In this document: piece by piece, positions 10,471 to 20,058 of the stretch | How positions within the stretch are numbered: position 1 is the first letter of the stretch | Layout of the letters: each line of letters opens with the position of its first letter | DNA from: Thermodesulfobacteriota bacterium | GTDB taxonomy: Bacteria; Desulfobacterota_D; UBA1144; Nemesobacterales; UBA2774 | Assembly: GCA_965216785.1 (NCBI GenBank) | Contig: OZ244197.1 | Span: 768,001-832,000 of the forward strand | Direction: 5' to 3' | DNA length: 64,000 bases | The notes under the pieces: model-generated | What the model was told of the DNA's origin: nothing | Database searches by the model: none | The model's input: the letters and a program-made list of their open reading frames with translations, nothing else | Translations under genes and position numbers: made by a program

Positions 10471-10854
10471 TTAAGCCCCTTCGTCTATCTCCTTGAATAC
10501 CTCTTTTGCGATCCTGAGCCCTGTTAGCGCAGCGGGAAAGCCGGCATAAACGAGGGTCTGTATCAGCACCTCGATTACCTCTTCCCTTGTGCAGCCGCAT
10601 GTGAGCGCCCCTTTAATATGCACCTTGAGCTGATTCGGCGCGGTACCTAAAGCAGTAAGAGCGGCCACGGCGGTAATCTCGCGCGCCCTCATATCCAGCC
10701 CGGGCCGAGAGGATATCTCGCCGAATACGAACTCCATCAGGTAACGGACCATATCTGGGGCTATGTCGTCGAGACTAGCCTTGGTTCTTGCAGCGGCTCC
10801 CGGTGAGATTTCCTCAAGTTTTTCCAAACCTTTTTTATATTTATCATCAGACAT
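10471..10854 (-). CDS. Carboxymuconolactone decarboxylase family protein
   Basis: RPGLD..REI, QLKVHI.GAL and YAGFPAA motifs. Confidence 0.9.
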   Translation of the reverse strand: MSDDKYKKGLEKLEEISPGAAARTKASLDDIAPDMVRYLMEFVFGEISSRPGLDMRAREITAVAALTALGTAPNQLKVHIKGALTCGCTREEVIEVLIQTLVYAGFPAALTGLRIAKEVFKEIDEGA

Positions 10855-10965
10855 TTATAGCCTCCAAAGTATGGTTTAATATGGTTACTTTGTATCTTGA
10901 TTTTTGTAAATTGTAAACGCAGTGCCTATACTACGATTTTTCACCCAGTTTGTAAAGGAGGCATC

Positions 10966-11265
10966 ATGCTGATATTAATCGCAAAGCTAAGAGCTAAACC
11001 CGGACGCGCGCAGGAGCTTATAAACCTGGCAGAGCAGGCCATAGAACCTTCGAGAAATGAGGAAGGCTGTATTATTTACGAGCTCCTTCAGGACCCTTTT
11101 GATCAGGATTCATTTACATTTTATGAGAAATGGAGAAGCCGTGAAGACCTTGAGTTACATTTTAAAGAAGATCACTTCCTTGAGTTCGCAGGAAAGTCTC
11201 CCGAGATTACCCAGGGAGACGCCAGTCTGGTTTCATACGAGATTTCGAGCGAAGAAGAGTTATAG
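10966..11265 (+). CDS. Antibiotic biosynthesis monooxygenase (putative quinol monooxygenase) family protein
   Basis: SRNEEGCI.Y and FYEKW....DLELHF motifs; SD AAGGAGG before ATG 10966. Confidence 0.85.
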   Translation: MLILIAKLRAKPGRAQELINLAEQAIEPSRNEEGCIIYELLQDPFDQDSFTFYEKWRSREDLELHFKEDHFLEFAGKSPEITQGDASLVSYEISSEEEL

Positions 11266-11317
11266 TGACTTTTATTAATTGCAGAGAAATGGCCGATTGA
11301 TTATGATTAATGGCGTT

Positions 11318-12928
11318 ATGATAAAAAACCTAACTACTATTTTTTTCGCAATTTTTCTGTTTACCGGCTGCACCCAAGGCCAAAATAAAAACGAAGACAT
11401 AAGCTCAAAAGACACTATCAATGTTAACATAGGGAACGAGCCTCCTACGCTCGACTGGTCGCTCGCCACGGACAGCACGTCCTATTTGATTCTTAATAAT
11501 ATTATGGAAGGGCTTACAGAGTTCGGGGACACGTTCCTACCCGAGCCAAACCTTGCAGAAAGCTGGGAGATAAGCGAGGACGGCAGGACCTATATCTTTA
11601 AAATCAGAGATGACGTTCTATGGACTGACGGAAAGCCGCTTACCGCAGGGGACTTTGAATACTCCTGGAAGAGGATACTAACCCCCGCAACCGGAGGGGA
11701 CTATGCCTATTTCCTCTACGACATAGAGAACGCTGAAGAGTACAATACGGGAAAGATAGACGATCCTGAAAAGGTTGGGGTAAAGACACTTAATGACAGC
11801 ACCCTGCAAGTGAAACTCAAAAGAAAGGCTTCTTATTTCCCGAGCCTTCTGAGCTTCATGTCAACTTATCCAATGAGGAAAGACGTAGTCGAGAAATACG
11901 GTATTAAATGGACCGAGCCTGAAAACATAGTGACCCTCGGGCCTTATAAGCTTAGCGAGTGGAAACACCACAGCGATATATTGCTGACAAAGAACCCCGG
12001 GTACTACGGGGAGCAGCCGAAAATCGACAAAGTGAACATGATAATGAACGAAAACACTTCCTCCGCGCTGGCCCTTTATGAGAGCGGGGAGCTTGACTAC
12101 GCGGACAGTAAGAGCATACCGCCCCTTGAAGTGCCGAGGCTGATAGACCTGGAGGACTTCACCACTACCCTTATGTTCAGAGGGAATTATATTGCATTTA
12201 ACGTAAAGAAGCCGCCTTTTGACAACCCGCTCATCAGAAAAGCGTTTGCAGCGTCCATAGACAGGGCGAGCATAGTGGACCTGATACAGGGAGCGGGGAT
12301 AGTAAATACGTCATGGATACCAAAAGATATGCTCGCCTATAACCCTGCGATCGGAATTAAGTTTGATCCCGAGCAGGCACGCAAGTGGCTCGCCGAAGCC
12401 GGTTACCCCGGCGGAAAGGGTTTCCCCGAGGTATCGTTCCTGTGGCCTGACGTGAGCTATAACCGCGTCATTGCGGAGGCGCTTCAGAGTATGTGGAAGC
12501 AGTACCTGGGAATAGAGGTAGAGCTCATGAACGAGGAGTGGAAGGTATATCTTAGCACCATTAACACAAATCCGCCTGAGATTCACAGGGCGGGATGGGG
12601 AGCAGACTTCCCCGACCCTCACAATTTCATGAGCCTCTTTCAGTGTAATACGGGTAATAACAGAACAGGTTGGTGTAACGAAGAATACGACAGCTTGGTC
12701 GATAAGGCAGCCGAGGAAACGGACATAGAAAAGAGAAAAGCGCTCTATGACAGAGCGCAAAAGATACTTACTGAACAGGACGCTCCGATTGCCCCCTTCT
12801 ACAACTCGAAGCAGCAGAACCTGATAAAACCCTACGTAAAGGGGCTTAAACCCAATCCGCTTGATTTAGTTCTATTTAAAAAAGTATATTTTGAGAATAA
12901 CTCGGCTGCTCACGTAGAAGGGCAGTAG
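11318..12928 (+). CDS. Oligopeptide ABC transporter substrate-binding lipoprotein (OppA family)
   Basis: Lipobox FTGC; EPPTLD, W.ISEDG..Y.F.IR, GPYKL and GWGADFPDP motifs. Start could be as far upstream as 11279. Confidence 0.9.
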   Translation: MIKNLTTIFFAIFLFTGCTQGQNKNEDISSKDTINVNIGNEPPTLDWSLATDSTSYLILNNIMEGLTEFGDTFLPEPNLAESWEISEDGRTYIFKIRDDVLWTDGKPLTAGDFEYSWKRILTPATGGDYAYFLYDIENAEEYNTGKIDDPEKVGVKTLNDSTLQVKLKRKASYFPSLLSFMSTYPMRKDVVEKYGIKWTEPENIVTLGPYKLSEWKHHSDILLTKNPGYYGEQPKIDKVNMIMNENTSSALALYESGELDYADSKSIPPLEVPRLIDLEDFTTTLMFRGNYIAFNVKKPPFDNPLIRKAFAASIDRASIVDLIQGAGIVNTSWIPKDMLAYNPAIGIKFDPEQARKWLAEAGYPGGKGFPEVSFLWPDVSYNRVIAEALQSMWKQYLGIEVELMNEEWKVYLSTINTNPPEIHRAGWGADFPDPHNFMSLFQCNTGNNRTGWCNEEYDSLVDKAAEETDIEKRKALYDRAQKILTEQDAPIAPFYNSKQQNLIKPYVKGLKPNPLDLVLFKKVYFENNSAAHVEGQ

Positions 12929-12933
12929 ATTGG

Positions 12934-12961
12934 GCAGGGGCAACCAGCCGATCGCCCCCGC
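12934..12961. repeat. REP-like palindrome / hairpin between convergent genes
   Basis: GCAGGGGC-AACCAGCCGATC-GCCCCCGC. Confidence 0.45.
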
Positions 12962-12988
12962 CGTAATCTGAAACTTCTTTCAACACCC

Positions 12989-14041
12989 TCAATCTTTAAA
13001 ATAAGGAATTATCTCTTTCGCGTATGTTTCAAGCGCCTTGGCGGGATCGGGGCTGAACCTGTAGAAAAGCACGAAGTGCCTCACGCCTTTATCTATAAAT
13101 TTTTCGATCTTTTCAATGCAGTCTTTCTTAGCGCCCGTTATCGTAAAGTCAAGGATAGCCTCCCTCGGGAAGAACTGACCGATCTGTCTGAACTTCTCTC
13201 TTCCCTCCTCGTCCTGAGGTATGACGTTAAAGTAGTTAAGCCCGTGATACTCCTCAGGTATCTCCACGTCGTAGCCCGCTTTTTTAAGCTGCTCCTGCAT
13301 CACAAGCACATACTTAAACGGCTCGAGTGTCTCATACGCGTGATCTACACTGTCGCCCACAGACGTGAATACCCAGAGCGCGGGGTCTATTTCGTCAGGA
13401 TTTCTTCCAGCGCCCTCCGCACCCGCGTGGATTTCTTTTAAATACTCACCGTAGAGATAAGGGTTCAGGTCAAGCGGAAGCCATCCGTCCGCAAGCTCAC
13501 CTGTCAGTTTAAGGCCCTTAGGGGTATGGGTAGCGATATAAATCGGTATTCTGTCTCTAAGATATGGTTTCACCTGCAAAAACGCGTCTTTTAAATTGAA
13601 GAACTCGCCCTTGAAATCACAGGGGCCTTCACTCGCCCAAAGCTTCTGCATTACGGTCATAGCTTCCCTCAGCCTTGCGAGCGGCCTGTTCCACTCTATA
13701 CCGTATGCGTCCAGGTTCATCGATTCCCCCACTCCCAGGGTGAGCGTGACTCTGCCGTTTGATATATGGTCGATCGTGGCAAGCCTCTGAGCGAAGACCG
13801 CAGGGTGCATCCTGTGGGGATCTGAGACCGTGCCTATGCTAATGTTCTTTGTTTGCATGGCAGCCGCGGTCGCTATGGTCCAAGCCTCGTGAGCTTCTGT
13901 AGGCGATACAAATACCACGTGGTCCGGGATCCAAACAGTATCGAATCCAAGCTCGTCAGCCTGGACTGAAAAATCGAGAAGCCCTTTTAGGTCAGCACCC
14001 GGCATTGGCGCCGCAAGTCCGAATTTGATTTCTTTTCCCAT
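12989..14041 (-). CDS. LLM class oxidoreductase, probably F420-dependent
   Basis: GFDTVWIPDH, SNGR..L.LGVGE.MN and GELADGW motifs (Mer/Fgd-like). Confidence 0.85.
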   Translation of the reverse strand: MGKEIKFGLAAPMPGADLKGLLDFSVQADELGFDTVWIPDHVVFVSPTEAHEAWTIATAAAMQTKNISIGTVSDPHRMHPAVFAQRLATIDHISNGRVTLTLGVGESMNLDAYGIEWNRPLARLREAMTVMQKLWASEGPCDFKGEFFNLKDAFLQVKPYLRDRIPIYIATHTPKGLKLTGELADGWLPLDLNPYLYGEYLKEIHAGAEGAGRNPDEIDPALWVFTSVGDSVDHAYETLEPFKYVLVMQEQLKKAGYDVEIPEEYHGLNYFNVIPQDEEGREKFRQIGQFFPREAILDFTITGAKKDCIEKIEKFIDKGVRHFVLFYRFSPDPAKALETYAKEIIPYFKD

Positions 14042-14218
14042 ATCACACCTCTTCTTTTTCTTGTCTCACTCATTATAAACATATGGAGTTATAAAAGACA
14101 ATAGCAAAGAGCCATTTTTATCGTACATTTAAATCTATAGGGCCGTAAGTCTTGTAATTTAGACCAAAAAATAATGTTATAATCATTTCCTCATACGCAA
14201 ATTCAGGAGGAATAAAAC

Positions 14219-15241
14219 ATGAAATTCGGCATCGGACTCTTCAGTATGCAAACCCATGAGGAGCTTTCCTACTCACACCCAGAGCTTTATAAAAATACTA
14301 TCGAACAAGTGCAGCTCGCAGAGGACGTTGGATTCGACTCTGCCTGGATATCCGAGCACCATTTTCTTGAGGACGGCTACTGCCCTTCGCCTGCTGTTAT
14401 AGCCGGAGCGCTTGCGGCAGTGACAGATAGGATCAGAATAGGGTCCGGAGGCATTATTCTTCCTCTGCACAATCCCGTCAAAGTCGCCGAGGACGCCGCA
14501 GTCGTGGATAACATCTCCAACGGCCGCTTCGACTTGGGTGTTGTGCTCGGCTATAGAAAAGAGGAGTATGAGGGCATGGGTATCGCCATGATTCAGAGGG
14601 CATCGCGCATGGACGAGGGTCTCGAAGTGCTCGAGAAGGCGTTTTCGGGTGATACATTCTCATATGACGGGAAAAGGCATAGTTTTGATAATATGACTCT
14701 CACTCCAAAGCCCGTCCAAAACCCCATCCCTATATATATTGGAGCGTTTGAAGAGCCCGCGATAAGGCGCGCTGGAAGGTTCGGTTATCCCCTTCTTATA
14801 GGGCCGGGAAGGACTGTTGATATGGTCAGGGACACGCTCGGTTTCTATAACGATGAGGCGGAAAAAGCCGGAAAAGACCCTTCAGATGTGGAGCATATAC
14901 TCCTTAGGGAAACGTTCGTCTCAGAAGACAGAGATGAAGCTCTTGAAGGCGGCAACAAATTCATAATCAGTATGTATAAATATTACTTCACTCTCGGTGT
15001 TAAGATGTATGTTAGGGGCAAGCAGCTAAAAGACCTTGACGACCCGCTGTTCGAGCATCTCGCGGAGGAGAGGTTTATTATAGGCACCCCGGAGGACTGC
15101 ACAAATGAGATCGAGATGTACCGGGACGAGCTTGGAATAAATTACATATCTCACCGCATGGTATTCCCCCAGGCTACCCATGAAGTGATATCGGGACTAA
15201 TAGAAATTTTCGGTGAACAGGTGATTTCGAATTTCAGATAG
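14219..15241 (+). CDS. LLM class flavin-dependent oxidoreductase
   Basis: GFDSAWISEHH, LPLHNP..VAED, SNGRFDLG and PKPVQ motifs. Confidence 0.9.
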   Translation: MKFGIGLFSMQTHEELSYSHPELYKNTIEQVQLAEDVGFDSAWISEHHFLEDGYCPSPAVIAGALAAVTDRIRIGSGGIILPLHNPVKVAEDAAVVDNISNGRFDLGVVLGYRKEEYEGMGIAMIQRASRMDEGLEVLEKAFSGDTFSYDGKRHSFDNMTLTPKPVQNPIPIYIGAFEEPAIRRAGRFGYPLLIGPGRTVDMVRDTLGFYNDEAEKAGKDPSDVEHILLRETFVSEDRDEALEGGNKFIISMYKYYFTLGVKMYVRGKQLKDLDDPLFEHLAEERFIIGTPEDCTNEIEMYRDELGINYISHRMVFPQATHEVISGLIEIFGEQVISNFR

Positions 15242-15282
15242 CTTCTGAAACGTCTGAATTTAGTAGCGTTTTTTTGACACAC

Positions 15283-15312
15283 TTGACAGATATTTAATTT
15301 AAGAGTTATGAT
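15283..15312 (+). promoter_or_regulatory. Sigma70-type promoter of the B12 uptake operon
   Basis: TTGACA-N18-TATGAT. Confidence 0.6.
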
Positions 15313-15344
15313 GTAAACCTTGCTTTACGGATCTTTTACAATTT

Positions 15345-15510
15345 AACGTACAGGGCGCTTTAAGCTTAATAGGGAAATCCGGTGAGAATCCGGTGCAGCC
15401 CGCTCGCTGCTGTAAGTAGTCCAAAAAGTCCTTTGCATTATGTCACTGGAACTATCCGGGAAGGCGCAAAGGAGACCCGAGGCTACGAGCCAGAATACCT
15501 GCCTTGTAAC
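15345..15510 (+). ncRNA. Cobalamin riboswitch
   Basis: AATAGGGAA-TCCGGTGAGAATCCGG, CTGTAA, GTCACTG...GGGAAGGC and the B12 box GAGCCAGAATACCTGCC; closing stem TACAGGG/CCTTGTA; lies upstream of a TonB receptor. Confidence 0.93.
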
Positions 15511-15564
15511 ACCCGTAAATTACTATTCTTCGGGGGGAGAATGTAAATGCTTATTTTAGTCAAG

Positions 15565-15595
15565 CCTCCCGGTTTCGCACGATTGAACCGGGGGA
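15565..15595 (+). promoter_or_regulatory. SD-sequestering hairpin (riboswitch expression platform)
   Basis: CTCCCGGTTT pairs with GAACCGGGGG, covering the SD of TTG 15600. Confidence 0.6.
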
Positions 15596-15599
15596 ACAA

Positions 15600-17486
15600 T
15601 TGATCAGATTTTTAATAGTACTATTTCTTATATTTCAATCTACGTCCGTATTTTCACAGGAAAACACAGACGAGACTCTTGAGACAGTTATAGTCGAGGA
15701 CACTCCGATAGAGCCTCCTCTTAACTACCCGTCCGCCTTTTCTACGGTGATCGAGCTTGATAATTTTAAAGGCGAGTACAATACCTCGGCTGAGCTCCTG
15801 TCTTTCTCACCGGGCGTAGTAGTAAGAGACTTCGGTGGACTCGGACAACTCAAGACGCTTTCAATCAGAGGTTCATCCAACGACCAGGTCGTGATTCTTC
15901 TTGACGGCGTTAGGCTAAACAGCCCTATCGGCGGAGGTGTGGACTTATCTACCATTCCTGTTAGCTATGTAGACCGCTTCGAGGTTATAAGGGGCGGGGC
16001 CTCAGCGCTCGCAGGCTCTGACGCCATCGGCGGGGTTGTAAACATTGTAACTAAAGATACTGATAAACCTTTTACTTTCGGTTCGGCAACTTATGGCTCT
16101 TTTGAAACATTCGGTATAAACCTCGGTAGAGCGCAGAAGATAGGGAAATTCAGCTATCTGGTCTCATTCGCCCATGCCCAGAGTGAAGGGGATTTCGAGT
16201 TCAAATCGGTGAACGGTCTTGATGCCAAGAGGATAAATAATGACTTTCACTCAGAAAGTTTTCTCCTGAAAACGGATTATGATTTTGAGAACGGGTGGAA
16301 GATAGGGTTTTTAAACGAATTCTTTTATGATGACCGGGGAGTGCCGGGCCTGGGTGAGTTCCAGCAGCCCAACGCCAACCAAAAAGACCTCCGCAATCTG
16401 ACAAGCGTAAATATCTCCAAGGAAAAGTTTATCAATCCCGAGCTTGATCTGAACGTCCTTATATTCAATAGATACGATAATCTTGAATTCAAAAACCCAA
16501 CTCCTACCGTAGGAGTGCCGATAGATACTCTAAGTAAAACCTACTCGTTTGGTATTAACCCGAAACTCACTTGGTTTGCACCCTACAACCAGATATTTAC
16601 ATTCGCTACTGAGCTCAGGGGAGACATCCTTAAAAATGAGGACTTCGACAACCCCGAGCGTTTTACATACAGCGCTTTTCTTAGTGATGAAATAAGCTTC
16701 TTTGACGAAAAACTACTCATAAACCCGCTGGTTCGATTTGACCTATTTTCTACAAGAGAAGATGAAACAACTACCGACACAGGGTTTTCGCCCAAGCTCG
16801 GTGTGATTTACTCTCCTAAGAAATATCTCTCCTTCAAGAGTAACATCGGGCGCTCGTTCAGGGCGCCCAGCTTCGGCGAGCTCTTTTTCCCCGAAGAGGG
16901 GTTCATCGGTGGAAACCCCGACCTTAAGCCAGAAACCTCGTACGACTTTGATATAGGCGTTCTGCTGTCACATCCTCGCTTTGCGTTTGAGCTCACATAC
17001 TTCAGGAGCCACATAGACGACCTGATACTTTTTGTATTCGTAAGCGCTTTGAGGATCGAGCCCCTGAACATAGGTGACGTAGACGAGCAGGGTGTAGAGA
17101 CAAGCCTTGTAGTAAGACCGTTTGATTTCCTTGAACTATTCGCGGGCTATACGTTTTTGGACGGAGAGGTAGAAGACACCGGGGCCCAGCTTCCTGGAAG
17201 GCCAAGGAATAAGTTCGACCTGAGAGCTGTGCTCACTTACGATCCGCTAGCGCTGTTTTTTGAAACGCACTATGTGGACGAGATACCGCTCAGCGCTTTT
17301 CCGAACGCAAGGACCACCGACGCAAGGACAACTTACGATATTGGAGTAAAGGGAGAGTGGAAAAGTATTTTTGCGACATTTGAGATAAAAAACCTGCTGA
17401 ACGACCTGGACGTGAGGGACGCACTTGATTTTCCACTGCCCGGGCGGACTTTCTTTATCACTGCGGGAGTTAACTTTGAAAAATAA
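15600..17486 (+). CDS. btuB: TonB-dependent receptor, BtuB-like
   Basis: TonB box ETVIV; plug motifs SIRGS, LLDGVRLN, EVIRGG and GGVVNIVTK; directly behind the cobalamin riboswitch. Confidence 0.85.
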   Translation: MIRFLIVLFLIFQSTSVFSQENTDETLETVIVEDTPIEPPLNYPSAFSTVIELDNFKGEYNTSAELLSFSPGVVVRDFGGLGQLKTLSIRGSSNDQVVILLDGVRLNSPIGGGVDLSTIPVSYVDRFEVIRGGASALAGSDAIGGVVNIVTKDTDKPFTFGSATYGSFETFGINLGRAQKIGKFSYLVSFAHAQSEGDFEFKSVNGLDAKRINNDFHSESFLLKTDYDFENGWKIGFLNEFFYDDRGVPGLGEFQQPNANQKDLRNLTSVNISKEKFINPELDLNVLIFNRYDNLEFKNPTPTVGVPIDTLSKTYSFGINPKLTWFAPYNQIFTFATELRGDILKNEDFDNPERFTYSAFLSDEISFFDEKLLINPLVRFDLFSTREDETTTDTGFSPKLGVIYSPKKYLSFKSNIGRSFRAPSFGELFFPEEGFIGGNPDLKPETSYDFDIGVLLSHPRFAFELTYFRSHIDDLILFVFVSALRIEPLNIGDVDEQGVETSLVVRPFDFLELFAGYTFLDGEVEDTGAQLPGRPRNKFDLRAVLTYDPLALFFETHYVDEIPLSAFPNARTTDARTTYDIGVKGEWKSIFATFEIKNLLNDLDVRDALDFPLPGRTFFITAGVNFEK

Positions 17487-17523
17487 AAACAGCTAAGAAA
17501 ACAAATAATTAGGAGGACTTACA

Positions 17524-19008
17524 ATGAGAACGTTTTTATCAGTGTGTTTATTTATCATAATTGGAGGAGTATTAGTGGGATGTGACAGCAGCGGCAGCGG
17601 CGGGGGCTTTATTCCGACGGGTGATATATTAGCCGTAGCCGAAAGAGGAGGACAAAACCAAACAATTAAAGTTGGAGGCACTGCGGGATCCGTACCTCCC
17701 GGAAGTACTGTTACAGTCACAAACCTCGATACTCAACAAGTGGAGACAACAACAGGTCTTGCAGACGGGAGTTTTGATCCAGAATTTATGGGAAATACAA
17801 ACAATATATTTAACGTTCAGGTAACCAATAACGGGAACATAGTCCAGGACGAAAATATAGGGGTAACTCTTCTTAGGAACGCGGTCAGGCGGGACCTGGC
17901 TCAGCTTGGCAGTGTGCCGGCCAACATAATAATAAGAGGAGCCCTCGCATACGTTATCAACGGTTTTTCAAACAATATTCAGGTTTTTAACCTTAACGTA
18001 AGCCCGCCTCAACAGACAGGAACAATTGTAGTCCCTATGGGATCAAACCCCATTGCCATGGACTTTTTGAATGACACGACTGCTTATGTGGCCAATAACA
18101 CCGGGCAGAGCGTAGCTGTGGTGGACGTTGTGAGTGGCGATTGCGAGACGCTGATTGTAGGAGAAGACGATGTAGACGAGACAACCCCGTGTGAAGAAGT
18201 GGTAGAGCTTTCGGGGTCACCGTTTGAAGAGCCCGCTGGAGTATTGGTTGCTAACGGCAAAGTCTATATATCAAACAACAATTTAGATGAGTTTTTCAGC
18301 CCGAACGGTAACGGGTTTATTACTGTTATAGATCCCACAACAAACAGTATTATAGATACCATAGACGCGTCCGGTGCGAACACTACCAGCATGCTGGAAA
18401 TGGACGGAAGCATTTTTGCGCTTAATAACGGAAACGTGCTCTTTGACCTGGAAACTTTTCTATTTACGTGCGATGTAGAGTTTCCTCCCTCGGTAGACGA
18501 GATCGATCCTCAGTCAGATACCGTAGTTAATAACATAGACATTGGTCTTAGCGAGCAAAATACTTTGGTATGCCTGCCTAATAATTTGACCGCCACTGAA
18601 GAGGGTTTTGCGTACACGGGTCTTGGGCTTGTGGGAGCACTTCTTAAATTAGATCTACTAACAGGGGAGGTTATTAACGGCCCTGACAATCCGATAGTGA
18701 TAACAGACCTCTCCGGTCTCAATAACACCGCGGATATAGCAGTAAAAGACAACTTGCTCTTTACTTCGCTATTTAACTCGGACCAGATAGCTGTGCTGGA
18801 TACTGACACTGATCAGGTTAACCCGTTTCCCTACATAACGCCGTTTCCCGCGGGAATCAGGGGAGATGACCCGGGCGCTGTGATCTTTGACGGCGTACAG
18901 TCACTCGCTGTAAGAGCGGGCAATGATTTCTCGGGCGCGGATATTTTCTTCATCACCGGCTTAAGTGAGCAGCTGGGCTCAGTGGACTCAACTCTGGAGA
19001 CTCAGTGA
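17524..19008 (+). CDS. Lipoprotein with YncE-like beta-propeller (BtuG-like)
   Basis: Lipobox LVGC; repeated AYV.N / KVYISN / VIDP blades; operon position after btuB. Confidence 0.65.
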   Translation: MRTFLSVCLFIIIGGVLVGCDSSGSGGGFIPTGDILAVAERGGQNQTIKVGGTAGSVPPGSTVTVTNLDTQQVETTTGLADGSFDPEFMGNTNNIFNVQVTNNGNIVQDENIGVTLLRNAVRRDLAQLGSVPANIIIRGALAYVINGFSNNIQVFNLNVSPPQQTGTIVVPMGSNPIAMDFLNDTTAYVANNTGQSVAVVDVVSGDCETLIVGEDDVDETTPCEEVVELSGSPFEEPAGVLVANGKVYISNNNLDEFFSPNGNGFITVIDPTTNSIIDTIDASGANTTSMLEMDGSIFALNNGNVLFDLETFLFTCDVEFPPSVDEIDPQSDTVVNNIDIGLSEQNTLVCLPNNLTATEEGFAYTGLGLVGALLKLDLLTGEVINGPDNPIVITDLSGLNNTADIAVKDNLLFTSLFNSDQIAVLDTDTDQVNPFPYITPFPAGIRGDDPGAVIFDGVQSLAVRAGNDFSGADIFFITGLSEQLGSVDSTLETQ

Positions 19009-19104
19009 TAGATGTTTGCATAAACATGCAGGTTACAGATAATTATAAGGGGGCCGGCAGCCGAGTAGCTGTCTGCCCCAAATAAATTATTGGGGGCGCG
19101 CAAA

Positions 19105-20052
19105 ATGCGTATTTGTTCATTCCTTCCTAGCACTACTGAGATAGTTTACGAATTGGGTCTGGGCGAGTGCCTTACAGGAGTTACACACGAGTGTGATTAC
19201 CCGCCCGAAGCGGTTGATAAAAAAAGGGTTATCATGAGTTTTATAAAACCTGAGGAAATGTCTAGCAAAGAGATTGACGATCTCGTTTCGAAGAACGCAC
19301 AAGAAGGAAAGAGCACATACCTCGTAAAAAAAGAAGCTCTCATTGAAGCAGACCCCGATATTATTCTGACACAAGAGCTGTGCGAAGTGTGCGCTGTGTC
19401 AGGAAACCAGGTGCAGGAGGCGGTACAGGTACTCGGTAGAACGCCAGAAATAATTTCTCTTGAGCCAAAGACTATGGCGGGAATACTGGAGACCATAAAT
19501 ATAATTGGCGAAGCGACAGGAACTCAGACAAGAGCGGCTGAATTAACTGAGCAGCTGGGATCTAGGATAGAGAAAATCAGATCGAAACTGGGAAATGAAA
19601 GAGACCGCCCTAGGGTATTCTGCCTTGAGTGGCTAGACCCGCCGTATGTAGCGGGACACTGGGTTCCCGAGATGGTCGAGACCGCTGGGGGCGAGTGCGG
19701 CATAGGAAAACCCGGAGAGCCCTCTTTTAAGGTAACATGGGACGAAATAGTCGAGTTCGCGCCGCACATGCTTTTCGTAATGCCCTGCGGATACAATATA
19801 GATAAAACATTTAACGAAATCGATGACGCGTCAAAGAATGATGGCTGGTTCGCTCTTCCAGCGACTAATAAGGGTGAGATATACCTCTTTGACGCAAACT
19901 CTTATTTCAGTAGACCCGGCCCCCGAGTGGTGGATGGACTCGAGATACTCGCAAAGATTATGCACCCTGAGGCAATGAGAGGCTACGAGCCCCCTGCGGA
20001 TTCTGTAATCAATCTTAGAAATTACATGCAGCTTGAATTCTTTTCAGGATAA
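19105..20052 (+). CDS. BtuF/TroA-like cobalamin-binding protein lacking a signal peptide
   Basis: MRICSFLPSTTEI, GVTHECDYP, LEWLDPP..AGHWVPEM and FSRPGPR motifs. Confidence 0.8.
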   Translation: MRICSFLPSTTEIVYELGLGECLTGVTHECDYPPEAVDKKRVIMSFIKPEEMSSKEIDDLVSKNAQEGKSTYLVKKEALIEADPDIILTQELCEVCAVSGNQVQEAVQVLGRTPEIISLEPKTMAGILETINIIGEATGTQTRAAELTEQLGSRIEKIRSKLGNERDRPRVFCLEWLDPPYVAGHWVPEMVETAGGECGIGKPGEPSFKVTWDEIVEFAPHMLFVMPCGYNIDKTFNEIDDASKNDGWFALPATNKGEIYLFDANSYFSRPGPRVVDGLEILAKIMHPEAMRGYEPPADSVINLRNYMQLEFFSG

Positions 20053-20058
20053 TGAACC

